From assembly GCA_963772725.1 (NCBI GenBank), contig CAVYYI010000004.1, positions 224,001 to 288,000 on the forward strand: a DNA stretch of 64,000 nt, read 5' to 3'. A program made the translations under genes and the position numbers. Source of the stretch: an uncultured Phycisphaerales bacterium. GTDB taxonomy: Bacteria; Planctomycetota; Phycisphaerae; Sedimentisphaerales; Anaerobacaceae. This document shows, one piece after another, positions 40,576 through 51,573 of the stretch (the stretch's first letter is position 1; each line of letters starts with the position of its first letter). Under the pieces are notes generated by a model. That model made no database searches. It was not told the origin of the DNA and was given only the letters and a program-made list of their open reading frames with translations.

Positions 40576-41297
40576 TGAATAAAAGAAAATGTTATGGTTT
40601 ATTAGTGGTTTTTCTCCTGATTTTCAGCTTGTCTGTCTGTTCGGTTCCGGTGGAGGCTGTTGTTATCCCGCTGGACGAATCTGGCTGGGCTATTGTGGTC
40701 AACCCCGCTTCGTTGCAGAATGGCGAGGTAGCAGTGCCATTTATATATGGTATTGTGAACAACGCTGTTGTAATTGAAATAGACAAGACCTTTAAGCGGC
40801 CGCCGCGAGACGGATTTTTTGACCCCATTGTTGTCGAATTTCAAAAGCTTTCTCAAAATGCTGTTTCCAGCATCATTATCCGCGATGAATACATTGTGAA
40901 CAATACTCAAACGATGTGGGATGATTTTCACATCTCGCTGATAGTAGATGTCCTGAATCCGCAGGCAGGGTTCAATCCTGAATTTGTTCCCAGCGGCGGC
41001 CAGCTCGAAAGCGTCCATTACAGCGGTAACTACGGATACAACAATTTGCCAATTCAGTTGAATTTCGAAAATATGCAGGGTCCGGGAGTGCCTTCTTCGC
41101 CTCCGGGAGAAGACGTCTTCTGGCCAGGTCATAACAGCGGCCAGATTGTAATTCAAATAAATCCCGATATGGTTGTAGGTACCAGGTTCGGTTTAAAAGA
41201 AGTTCCATCTATTCCTGAACCGACGACAATTATACTGTTTGGCGGCTTAGGAGTTATAGGCTTTCTCAAGAGGAAACTTAGGTATAACAGCGGATAA
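40572..41297 (+). CDS. PEP-CTERM sorting domain protein 2
   Basis: Signal peptide; C-terminal IPEPTTIILFGGLGVIGFLKRK. Confidence 0.92.
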   Translation: MMNKRKCYGLLVVFLLIFSLSVCSVPVEAVVIPLDESGWAIVVNPASLQNGEVAVPFIYGIVNNAVVIEIDKTFKRPPRDGFFDPIVVEFQKLSQNAVSSIIIRDEYIVNNTQTMWDDFHISLIVDVLNPQAGFNPEFVPSGGQLESVHYSGNYGYNNLPIQLNFENMQGPGVPSSPPGEDVFWPGHNSGQIVIQINPDMVVGTRFGLKEVPSIPEPTTIILFGGLGVIGFLKRKLRYNSG

Positions 41298-41478
41298 ACA
41301 GGCACAAGAAATTGATTCGCCGATAAAAAAAATCGGATTTTGTAACGAGTAATGATTATGGCAATGGGCCTTAATTTGAAAAGTTAAAAAAGTGTAAAAA
41401 GAAGTTCTACTTGAAGAGACAGTCCTTGCGTGGAGGATAATGATTCTGAAAGTAGCAGTAAAAAGTTAGGAGGCAATT

Positions 41479-42138
41479 ATGAAAAAGGTATTAGTTTTAG
41501 TGTTGGTTCTTGGTTTGGTCTCAGTGACCAATGCAGTGACACCAGTCGTCGTTTCAGTTCAGACCGATGGCAGCGGAAGTTCAGCCCATACAGGCCTTAC
41601 ATCTGGGTCAGCATTAGCGGATGGTGAAACCATCAAGTTGAAACTGATGTTGAGTTACAACCCTTCAAGTTCAAGCTCTAACATTGGCTATGCATTGTTG
41701 AGCTTTGACTTGACGTTGCATGCTGACGGCATAAGCACAATCGCTGTTACGCCGACGAAGACTGTAAAATTCGATTCAAGCCTTGGCGGCGGCACCGCGG
41801 TAACAGATGCTACGGGTTTCTCAAAGATAACAGCAGTTTCTTTGAGCGGCACGACACCAGCATTTGGGGCGACAGGCGGCCTGATGATTGTGTCGAACAT
41901 GACGTTAACTGCAAAGTCCAGCCTGAGCGGGTTGATTAACGTTGACCTCGGGCTCAGGGCTTTAAGTGAGTATCGTAATCTCATTAACGAATTTCCAGGC
42001 GGGAACCAGGATGCATGGTTGTCTATGGTAGAAGGTAATCTTGGTGATTTGCAACTATATGTAGCACAGATTCCTGAGCCGATGACACTTGCTCTGCTTG
42101 GTTTGGGCGGATTGTTCCTGCGCCGTCGTAAAGCATAG
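41479..42138 (+). CDS. PEP-CTERM sorting domain protein 3 (Ser/Thr-rich)
   Basis: MKKVLVLVLVLGL signal; C-terminal IPEPMTLALLGLGGLFLRRRKA. Confidence 0.94.
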   Translation: MKKVLVLVLVLGLVSVTNAVTPVVVSVQTDGSGSSAHTGLTSGSALADGETIKLKLMLSYNPSSSSSNIGYALLSFDLTLHADGISTIAVTPTKTVKFDSSLGGGTAVTDATGFSKITAVSLSGTTPAFGATGGLMIVSNMTLTAKSSLSGLINVDLGLRALSEYRNLINEFPGGNQDAWLSMVEGNLGDLQLYVAQIPEPMTLALLGLGGLFLRRRKA

Positions 42139-42174
42139 ATGTAACCAACAACTAAAGATTGTAATAAAGAAGAC

Positions 42175-42225
42175 AACCGGGGTTAAGACTATAGTAAACA
42201 ATAGTCTTAACCCGGTTATTTTTGT
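42175..42225 (+). terminator. Intrinsic terminator after the PEP-CTERM genes
   Basis: AACCGG(G)GTTAAGACTAT-loop-ATAGTCTTAACCCGGTT followed by ATTTTTG. Confidence 0.8.
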
Positions 42226-42358
42226 TTCTATCCTGCAATTTTTGAAATAATTGTACGCTGTTTTTTTATAAAGTTGTTGCAAATAAATCAGGGTTTGGTA
42301 CAATAACATTTTTGCAAAATTATATAATTCTATTAGAGTACGGATTGTCTGGACAAAT

Positions 42359-42817
42359 ATGAATTTAACACAAATATTGCAGATGGATTGTATTAAGGTT
42401 CCGTTAAGCAGTCGCAATAAAGAAGCGGCCATATCTGAACTTATTGATGTGCTTAACAATAAAGGCTTGTTATCCAACAAAGATGTGGCTCTCGACGCCG
42501 TTCTGACCCGCGAAAGAAGCCGAAGCACCGGAATCGGCTCTGGAATCGCCATCCCACACGGCAAATGCAGCGCTGTTAAAAAATTAGTTATGGCGGTCGG
42601 TATTGCCAGAGATGCAATCGATTTCGCGAGCATAGATAAAAAGCCCGTGAAAATCATAATACTTCTCGTTTCTCCACTTGACCAGACTGGCCCCCATATC
42701 CAGGCTTTGGCGAGAATAAGCAGAATCATGCTTGACGAATCTCTCAGGCAGCGGCTTGAAAATGCGGCCTCCGCCTCTGAACTTTACCAGACCATCGCTG
42801 AAAAAGAAGCCGAATAA
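42359..42817 (+). CDS. PTS IIA component (Ntr/fructose type)
   Basis: RE..STGIGSGIAIPHGK, IDFASIDKKPV, HIQALARI. Confidence 0.9.
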   Translation: MNLTQILQMDCIKVPLSSRNKEAAISELIDVLNNKGLLSNKDVALDAVLTRERSRSTGIGSGIAIPHGKCSAVKKLVMAVGIARDAIDFASIDKKPVKIIILLVSPLDQTGPHIQALARISRIMLDESLRQRLENAASASELYQTIAEKEAE

Positions 42818-42861
42818 AAGCAATTATTAAACACTGTGAAATCCGTGGCTAATATTTTTTG

Positions 42862-42930
42862 CTTTGTGCCTTAGTTTCTTCGTGGTTGCCTTTTTTATTC
42901 TGTCTACCGTATTCCGTGTTCTGTATTCTT
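42862..42930. repeat. Degenerate 8-mer and 7-mer tandem tracts between convergent genes
   Basis: ctttgtgc cttagttt cttcgtgg; tattctg tctaccg tattccg tgttctg tattctt. Confidence 0.65.
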
Positions 42931-42938
42931 GGCTTAAT

Positions 42939-45559
42939 TTATTTCCCGCTGACCGTTTCCCAGTGAATCAGTCCCAGTTCATAAGGATTGACCATATCGC
43001 TGTGATTGGGTAATGCCCTTACCGCAAGGCCGTATCTTCCTGAAGTTTTGCAGGGCATCACACCGACAAACCATCGTTCGCCGTCCTGCGAGTTTTTCAA
43101 TATTCCGTCCGGAACCATCTTTACCGCCGAACCGTCCCTGACGTTGCCCCATGCGTCAAGCGGACCATAATAGACCTCAACCGAAACATCGTCCGTATTG
43201 ACTCTGCCAAGCTTGATTAACGCCTTTACAACCAGTTCGGAACCAACCTTAATTTGCGGATGGTCATAATTTGCCGGTATATTTTCCTTGCCGTTTTTGA
43301 TTTCTATTTCAACATTTTTTATGGCAAAATCCGACCAGGCCTTCCTGATGCCGGACTTCCACATTGATAATGCTTTTGCCCGGGACATTGCCTCAGCAGT
43401 CAGGTACTGCCACTTTGCTGCCGCTGGGTTGTAAAATTTCCGCGTGTATTCGCCGACCATTCTGTCGGTATTGAATCTCGGCGTTATTGACTGAACCGCC
43501 GTTTTCATCCTGTGTATCCATGCGCGAGGCAGGCCGTCCGCGGAACGCGTATAAAACAGCGGTACAACCTCATTCTGCAACATATTATAAATTGTCTGAG
43601 ATTCCACGATATCCTGGTAAGCGGGGTCGTCATACTTTTCACCAGAACCGATAACCCACCCGCCTTCCGGCATATATCCTTCGCACCACCACCCGTCCCA
43701 CGTGCTCATATTCAGCGCTCCGTTTAGCGCCGCTTTCATTCCGCTGGTGCCGCTGGCCTCCATTGGGGGTCGCGGATTATTAAGCCAGATATCAACTCCG
43801 CGAACCATAAATCTGGCTACGTCCATATCATAATCTTCAAGAAATACCATTCGACGGCGTACGTCAAACTGGTTGGCAAAGTGAATAATCTGGCGTATAA
43901 TTTCCTTGCCTTCTGTATCTTTCGGATGTGCCTTGCCCGCGAAAATAATCTGAACGGGGCGATTTGTATCATTGAGAATCTTCATCAGCCTTTGCGGGTC
44001 TTTCAAAAGAAGATGACCTCTCTTGTAGCTTGCAAATCTTCTGGCAAATCCGATGGTCATCGCCTCAGGGTCAAGAACCTCATCCGCCCAGTTCAATTCG
44101 GTATGATATGTCCCGCGTCTCTGCATCTGTGCCTTTAATCTTACGCGAGCAAAAGCCACAAGCCTGTTCTTGTTCCGCTGATGTGTGCGCCAAAACTCCT
44201 CATCAGGTATCTGCTCGATGCCTTTCCAGAGTGATTTATCGGCATCTCTTTCGACCCAGTTTGTGCCAAGATACCTCTCATAAAGAGAATTCATTTCCTC
44301 AGAAAGCCAGCTTTTAATATGAACCCCGTTTGTAATCGACGCTATCGGAATCTCATCACCGGGTACCGCCGGCCAAAGACCTGCCCACATCTTTCTCGAT
44401 ACCTCGCCATGCAGTTTGCTCACGCCGTTCCGGTAAGAGCTTAGTCTTATTGCCAGGACAGGCATCTTAAAAGATTCCTTATCGTCTTCTGGATTAAGAG
44501 TGCCGAAGACCTAAAAATTCTTGTTTACTGATGCCCAGGCAGGGAAAATAATTCCCGAAATATTTTTCCATCATTTCAACTGGAAATTCGTCATTACCGG
44601 CTTTTACAGGAGTATGAATTGTGAAAATATTGCCCGATTTAGTCGCTTCAAGAGCTTCGTCAAAGGTCATATTCGGATGCGCCCGCCTTTAATTGCCGTA
44701 TCCGCTCAAGAGACATAAACGCGGCGTGTCCTTCATTCATGTGGCACACCGCTGGAGATATGTCCATTGCGATGAGAGCTCTAATCCGCCGATACCAAGC
44801 ATGACCTCCTGGCGAATCCGCATATCAAGGTCGCCTCCGTAAAGATTCGAAGTTATGGCTCTGTCGTCCGGAGAGTTATAGATTATGTTCGTATCGAGCA
44901 AATATAATTTTGCTCTGCCGACAGAAACTCCCCATATTTGCGCATATACAGTTCTGCCTGGGTATTCCACACTTATCAGTAATGGCTCACCGTTCTGACC
45001 TTTTATCAATTCGATTGGCATATTGTAAAAATCATTTTCAACATAAACTTCCTGCTGCCACCCGTCTATGTTCAGGTATTGCCTGAAATAACCTTTTTGG
45101 TACAGCAGGCCGACGCCAACTAAGGGAATTCCTAAATCGGAAGCGCTCTTTTAAGTGGTCGCCTGCCAAAACTCCCAGGCCGCCAGAATAAAACGGCAGA
45201 CATTCATGTATCCCGAATTCCGCGCAGAAATACGCTATTACAGGCTTGCTGCATTTGCCGCTGACTTTCTCAAACCATGTCGGACTTTCAAGGTACCGCT
45301 TGAGCTTCTCTTCTACTCGCTGCAGTTCACCCACAAATGCCTGGTCCTCTTCCAAAGTATTAAGACGCTCCTGCGATATGTTGCCGAGAAATTTAACCGG
45401 GTTGTGACCGCTTTCATTCCATAAAATGCTGTCTATTCTTTTAAATAGTTCAACGCATTCCGGATTCCACGACCAATACATATTTCTAGCTATCGTCTCC
45501 AGAGCTTTGAGTTTCTCCGGCAACGCGGGCAGAACAAGAAAACTGTGTACTCCTGGCAT
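42939..45559 (-). CDS. glgP: Alpha-glucan (glycogen) phosphorylase, split by about four 1-bp indels
   Basis: [69 protein letters not shown]; frame changes near 45150, 44780, 44685 and 44505. Confidence 0.92.
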
Positions 45560-45779
45560 CTTGCCTCTCCATTGTTAATCTATAAAATAATAAACTTGCC
45601 GATATTATAGGACAATCAACTGCAATTGTCTTTTCAGCTTAGGTTTAATCGTCAATTCAGCTATTTATCTTAACCCTAAAACCTGCTAATTTATCAACTC
45701 CCTGTTTTTTTATCGTCCGATATAATTCTTTTTGAATTTTCCCCTTTAATCCGAAAGTATGAATGGGTATAATCCCTGT

Positions 45780-46191
45780 ATGGAACAAATTGAACGAATA
45801 GGAATATCGCTTGAGAAAAAACTGCTTTCGCAGTTCGACAATCTGATAGCCCAAAAAGGCTACCAGAACCGTTCAGAGGCTGTCCGTGATTTTGATACGC
45901 GAGCAGCTAAGTAAAACGCATATCGAAAATGAAAAATCATTTGCCGCCGCGGCTGTCTGCATGGTTTACGACCACCATTCCACAAAACTTATGGAAAAAC
46001 TCACCGACTTGCAGCATTCAAAACTTCTCCAGACTGTCTGCACAATGCACATCCACCTCGATGCGCACGATTGTATGGAAATAATTGTCCTGAAAGGCCA
46101 GGTCGGCGAAATTAACAAAACTGCCGACAATATCATCAGCCAAAAAGGCGTAAAAATCGGCAAAACCACATTCTTCCCCGCAAACCATTAG
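45780..46191 (+). CDS. nikR: Nickel-responsive regulator NikR (extra T near 45890)
   Basis: MEQIERIGISL...GYQNRSEAVRD then LIRE...YDHH, QH, HIHLDAHDCMEIIVLKG. Confidence 0.9.
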
Positions 46192-46238
46192 CAAGGATTT
46201 CAGACCCTAATTTTTCTGTAAATTCCCATTTTTTCTGC

Positions 46239-46267
46239 TTGACTTGTCCCTGCCTATGGTTTATATT
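46239..46267 (+). promoter_or_regulatory. Sigma70-type promoter upstream of kaiC
   Basis: TTGACT (46239-46244), 17 bp, TATATT (46262-46267). Confidence 0.65.
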
Positions 46268-46271
46268 CTCA

Positions 46272-46322
46272 CTACCCAGCTACCCAGCTACCCAGCTACC
46301 CAGCTACCCAGCTACCCAGCTA
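46272..46322 (+). repeat. Perfect octamer tandem repeat (CTACCCAG)x6 plus CTA
   Basis: Read directly from the sequence. Confidence 0.97.
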
Positions 46323-46488
46323 TATTTAGGATAAGCGAGAATACAGTGGTAAGGTTGAAGATGGAAAGATGGGAATGGAATTCCGCACGGCTCATACGCA
46401 ATATTCGTACTCTTCAGAAACTCTATAAAAAAAATTACATGATGGTTTTTTAGCTATTTTTAGCCAAATATGAGAAATGGAGTTAAAT

Positions 46489-48200
46489 ATGGCAAAGGAA
46501 ACTAATAAAAAACACCCAATAAACGGTCTTGAAAAATGCCCCACCGGAATCGCCGGACTTGATGAAATCACTGAAGGTGGTCTCCCGCGAGGCCGTCCAA
46601 CATTAATTTGCGGTTCGGCGGGCTGCGGCAAGACCCTCCTGGCAATGGAATTTATCACTCGCGGGATTACCGAGTTTAATGAGCCTGGCGTTTTCATGGC
46701 GTTTGAAGAAAACGCCGATGAACTGGCGGTCAATGTCGCCTCGCTCGGGATGGACGTCAAAGAACTTATCCGGCAAAAAGAAACTGGCCGTCGATTATGT
46801 ACATATCGAGAGAAGCGAAATCGAAGAAACCGGTGAATACGACCTCGAAGGTCTTTTTATTCGCTTAGGCAATATGATAGACAGCGTCGGCGCAAAAAGG
46901 GTGGTGCTCGACACCGTCGAAGCGCTTGTTCGCGGGACTGCCCAATGAGGCAATCCTGCGTGCCGAACTTCGCCGGCTTATTCCGCTGGCTAAAGGCCAA
47001 AAAAGTTACAGCCATAATTACCGGCGAACAAGGCGACAAGCATCTCACACGTCACGGTCTGGAGGAATACGTCAGCGATTGCGTCATATTCCTCGACCAC
47101 CGCGTCATTAATCAGGTCGCGACAAGGCGCCTTCGCGTCATAAAATATCGCGGCTCCAAGACACGGCACAAATGAATACCCGACCTTGATTGACGAAACC
47201 GGCCTGTCGGTTATGCCCATCAGCTCATTAGGCCTGACTTATCCGGTCAGTTCCGCAAGGGTTTCGACCGGTATTGCAAGATTGGACACAATGTTCAGCG
47301 GCAAGGGCTACTATTGCGGCACGAGTATCCTGATTAGCGGTACGGCGGGCAGCGGCAAGAGCAGCATGGCCGCGGCGTTTGCCGACAGCATCTGCGGCAA
47401 AGGTGAAAAATGCCTCTATCTTATCGTTCGAGGAATCGCCCGACCAAATCATTCGAAATATGAGTTCCATCGGCTTCGACCTCGGCAAATGGGTCAAAAA
47501 GGGCCTTATGAAATTCCGTTCGGTTCGTCCTACCCTGTATGGCCTCGAAACGCACCTTGTCAGCATTCACAAACTCGTAGAGGATTTCAAGCCGACCGCG
47601 GTGGTTGTGGACCCGGTAACCAACCTGACCACTATCGGTGATACTGATGAAATCAAGGCGATGATGACGCGTATAATTGACTTTTTGAAGAATAAACAAA
47701 TTACCACTGTTTTTACCAGCCTGACAAGCGGAGGCGACGCCTCCGAACAAAGCGAGGTAGGGATTTCATCCCTGATGGATACCTGGATTTTACTTCGAAA
47801 CATCGAAACCGACGGCGAACGAAACCGCCTGCTGTATATTCTCAAGTCGCGAGGGATGGCCCACTCCAACCAGGTCAGGGAGTTTGTCCTCAGCGATAAC
47901 GGCATCAGCCTTCGGGACGTCTATATAGGGTCGGGCACAGTCCTGACCGGTTCTGCTCGTCTGGTTCAGGAGGCCAAAGACCGCTCGCAGGAAATTTTGG
48001 ACAAGCAGGCCTCCGAAACGCAGGCAGCTCGAATTGCGCCAGCAGCAGTTGGCCATCGAGGCCCAAATCGCCGCTCTTAAAGGCCCAAAGTGAAGGGATA
48101 TAGAAAGAGATTAAACAGGTTGCCGCTAACGGCCGGCAAAAGGTCTGCTATAATTAGTCAGCAAAAAAAAGACCTGTCCAGGATTCGAAAAGCGGACTAA
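46489..48200 (+). CDS. kaiC: Circadian clock-family ATPase KaiC (double domain, KaiC2-like), broken by many 1-bp insertions
   Basis: PTGIAGLDEI.EGGLPRGR, GSAGCGKT, GEYDLEGLFIRL, GLEEYVSDCVI, KYRGS, GTAGSGKS, SFEES, GISSLMDTWI, KSRGMAHSNQVREF; ends RIRKAD*. Confidence 0.9.
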
Positions 48201-48219
48201 GGAAAGAAAGGATTTCCAA

Positions 48220-48540
48220 ATGAAGACATAAAACGCATCAAAAGTTGCCAAAAGCAAACCTAAAAAGCAGTGGGAGCTTCGTCTCTATGTCGCGGGACAG
48301 ACGGCAAGGGCGGTTGCCGCCTTTGCCAATCTCCAGAAGATTTGCAAGGAGCATCTGCCCGGCCAGTATTCTATCGAGGTGATTGACTTGCTGAAAAATC
48401 CGAAACTGGCCGCAGGCGACCAGATTGTCGCCGTCCCGACGCTCGTGCGAAAACTGCCCCAGCCCGTGCGAAAAATCATCGGCGACCTCTCAAATACCCA
48501 GCGAGTCCTCGTCGGGCTTGACCTGCGGCAACGAACTTAA
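48220..48540 (+). CDS. kaiB: KaiB protein 1 (absent from ORF track; in-frame TAA at codon 4)
   Basis: Manual translation: MKT*NASK...[11 protein letters not shown]...[51 protein letters not shown]. Confidence 0.88.
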
Positions 48541-48565
48541 ACAAATAAAGAAAGGTTAGAAGGTA

Positions 48566-48913
48566 ATGGAGAAAAAGACAGACTTCGCTACTCGCAAAGG
48601 CATTGGCGAAAAAAGCCAAAGCCGCTGGTAAAGAAAAATATGTCCTGCGGCTTTACGTGGCGGGTATTACCCCTAAATCATCCCAGGCCATTAAAAATAT
48701 CACCCAAATCTGCGAAGAAAATCTCAAAGGCCGTTACGACCTCCATGATAATCGACATTTACCAGCAGCCGACGCTTGCCAGCGGTGAGCAAATTATCGC
48801 CGCCCCGACATTGATTAAGAAACTGCCGCTGCCCTTGCGCAAATTCATCGGCAGTATGGCTAGATAAGGAGAAAATCCTCGTGGGACTGGACCTTCGAAC
48901 CAGAAAAGAGTAA
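48566..48913 (+). CDS. kaiB: KaiB protein 2 (several frameshifts)
   Basis: YVLRLYVAGITPKS, ICEENLKGRYDL, IIDIYQQP.LA.GEQIIAAPTLIKKLPLPLRKFIG, EKILVGLDL across frames. Confidence 0.85.
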
Positions 48914-51500
48914 TGAAAAAACCAAAGACATCTAAATCAGTTGCTCAAGGAAAACGAAAACCTGCGAATAAGACTCCAGGAGGCGGAAGATACCCTGCAG
49001 GCCATTCGCGAAGGCGCCGTTGACGCCATCGTTGTCAAAGGCCGAAAAGGTGAGCAGGTCTTTACCCTGACAGGTGAAGAGCAGATTTATCGCACGCTTG
49101 TCGAAACGATGGGTGAAGCCGGTATTACCACAACACCACAGGGGAAAATCCTTTTCTGCAACAGGCAGTTCAGCGAAATGCTCAGCCTTCCTATGGAACA
49201 AATTGTCGGGCAGGATATCGAAAAATTTATTAAGAATTCCGACCGTAAAAAAATGGCGGCACTGCTCATAAAAGCACAGGTCGAACCGTCAAAAAAACGA
49301 TTGGTCTTCCTCGCCCCCAATGGAACCCCTGTCCCTGCGTGGGTTTCCGCCAATCTGCTCGAGTTCGGCGATTCGCCAAGCATCTGCTTTGTCGCTATGG
49401 ACCAGACTGAACTGGAAGCCTCAAAAGAGGCCATGCGACAAATAGCCGAGCAGCGCGAAGAGCTGAAAGTCCAGCAGAAAGAGCTTCGTGTACAAAATGA
49501 TGAGCTTATCCAATCGCAGACGGCACTTTCCAAACTTAACCGGATACTTCACGCTCTTAGCAGCAGTAATCAGGCGATGATGCATTCCACCGATGAAAAG
49601 CAATATCTTAAGGATGTATGCAAAATTATCGTCAATGACTGCGGTTACGCTATGGTCTGGATAGGCTTTGCACAAGACAATAAAGAAAAATCAGTCACCC
49701 CTGTCGCGTATTCCGGTTTTGATAAGGGCTATCTCGAAACTCTGAAAATTACCTGGGCGGACACTGAACGAGGCCGATGCCCCACAGGCACCGCAATCCG
49801 TACCGGAAAAGTCAGCCTGTGCAGAAATATGCTTACAGACCCCAGGTTCAAAACCTGGCGAGCAGAAGCGAAAAAACGCGGCTACGCCTCTTCCATAGCC
49901 CTTCCTTTGATGGAAGGTTCAAAGGCCTTTGGCGCACTTACAATATATTCAAAAGAATCTGACCCATTCTCCACCGATGAGGTTATTTTGCTTACCGAAT
50001 TGGCCAGCGACCTCGCTTATGGAATTGCCGCCATAAGGTCTCGTGCCGCACGACAAAAGGCCGAAGATGCGTTGGGCGCCGCTCACAGGCAAACTCAGAG
50101 CATCATCGACAACGCAACAGCTATCATCTATGCCTTTGATCTGGAAGAGCGTTTTCTGATGGCGAATATCACCATCGCTAAATTGCTCAATTCCACACCA
50201 GAACAAATGATTGGAAAGAGAAGGCATGAATTTATGCCTAAGACTGACGCCGACTGGCACGAGGCAAACGACCGTAAAGTGATCGAGGCGGGAAGGGCGA
50301 TTGAGTTCGAGGAGCACAGCCAGCTTCAGGGTCGCTCGATTACATGGCTTACAACCAAGTTCCCATTGCGCGATGCGCAGGGCAGGATCTACGCGGTCGC
50401 TGGAATCTCCGCTGATGTCTCTGAGCGAAAGCAGGCCGAAGAGGCTCTGCTCGAAGTGCACAATCGTCTTAAAACCGTCTTTGAAAGTATCACCGATGCC
50501 TTTTTCAGCATCGACAAAAACTGGTGCTTTACATACGTCAACGCCGAAGCCGCAAAACTCCTCCAGAAAACCGCTGACCAACTCCTCGGCAAAAATATCT
50601 GGGAAATGTTCCCGCCCGCGGCAGGCTCAGCATTCCAGTACAAATACGAGCTGGCCATTAAAGAGAATAAGGCTGTCCACTTCGAAGAATATTACCCGCC
50701 GTTTAATACCTGGTTCGAAGTACATGCTTATCCGTCCGCTCTCGGACTATCAGTATATTTCAGAGATATTACTGCTAAAAAACAGTATGACGAAAAGCTA
50801 AAAGCCCTGACCACAGAACTTCAACGCTCAAACACCGAACTCCAGCAATTCGCCAACGTCATAAGTCACGACCTCAAGGAACCGCTCCGCGCCATCGACG
50901 GTTTCATGGAACTTCTGAGGCAGCGGTATAAAGAAAAACTCGACGAAAAAGGCGTCTCCTTTATTCAATATGCCATCGACGGCGTAAAACGAATGGACGG
51001 TTTCCTTAAAGGACTCCTTGACTACTCGCGCGTCCAGACACACGATAAACCCATCGTCCTCATATCGGCCGCAATATCCCTCGATATCGCCATTGCGAAT
51101 CTTAAAACCGCCATCAGCGAAACTAATACCCAGATTACCTCCGACGAATTGCCTACAGTCAAAGCCTACGGCGCTCAGCTCTCACAGTTGTTCCAGAACC
51201 TTATACACAACGCAATCAAATTCAAAACCGCCGACGGCCCTCCGAAAATCCATGTCGGATGCCAGAGACAGCAAAACGAATGGCTCTTTTCCGTCAAGGA
51301 TAACGGCATCGGTTTCGACCCCCAGTTCAGCGAACGAATCTTTATGATGTTCCAGCGGCTCCACCCACAGGACAAATATCCCGGTTACGGCGTAGGACTG
51401 GCCATCTGCAAACGAATCGTCGAACGCCTAAACGGAAAAATCTGGGTAGAATCCCAACCCGCACAAAGGCGCAACCTTCTTCTTCACAATCCCCGACTAA
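48913..51500 (+). CDS. Soluble PAS-GAF-PAS-PAS sensor histidine kinase (indels near both ends)
   Basis: RLQEAEDTLQAIREGAVDA, GAF (GYAMVWIG, GYASSIALPL), PAS repeats, SHDLKEPL, FQNLIHNAIKF, DNGIG, GYGVGLAICKRIV; the expected ending GATFFFTIPD* (TAA 51498-51500) is in another frame. Confidence 0.9.
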
Positions 51501-51524
51501 TCGACTCTATTATCTTATTTATTT

Positions 51525-51560
51525 CTCCGCGCCCTCTGCGTCCTCTGCGTCCTTAGCTGT
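51525..51560. repeat. Degenerate nonamer tandem tract at the end of the kai cluster
   Basis: ctccgcgcc ctctgcgtc ctctgcgtc cttagctgt; similar to 6887-6913. Confidence 0.7.
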
Positions 51561-51573
51561 GAATATTGCACTT

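Noticed and set aside
46244..46453. 69-aa ORF with TQLPSYPA repeats
   Set aside because: It is the translation of the octamer repeat and starts inside the promoter.
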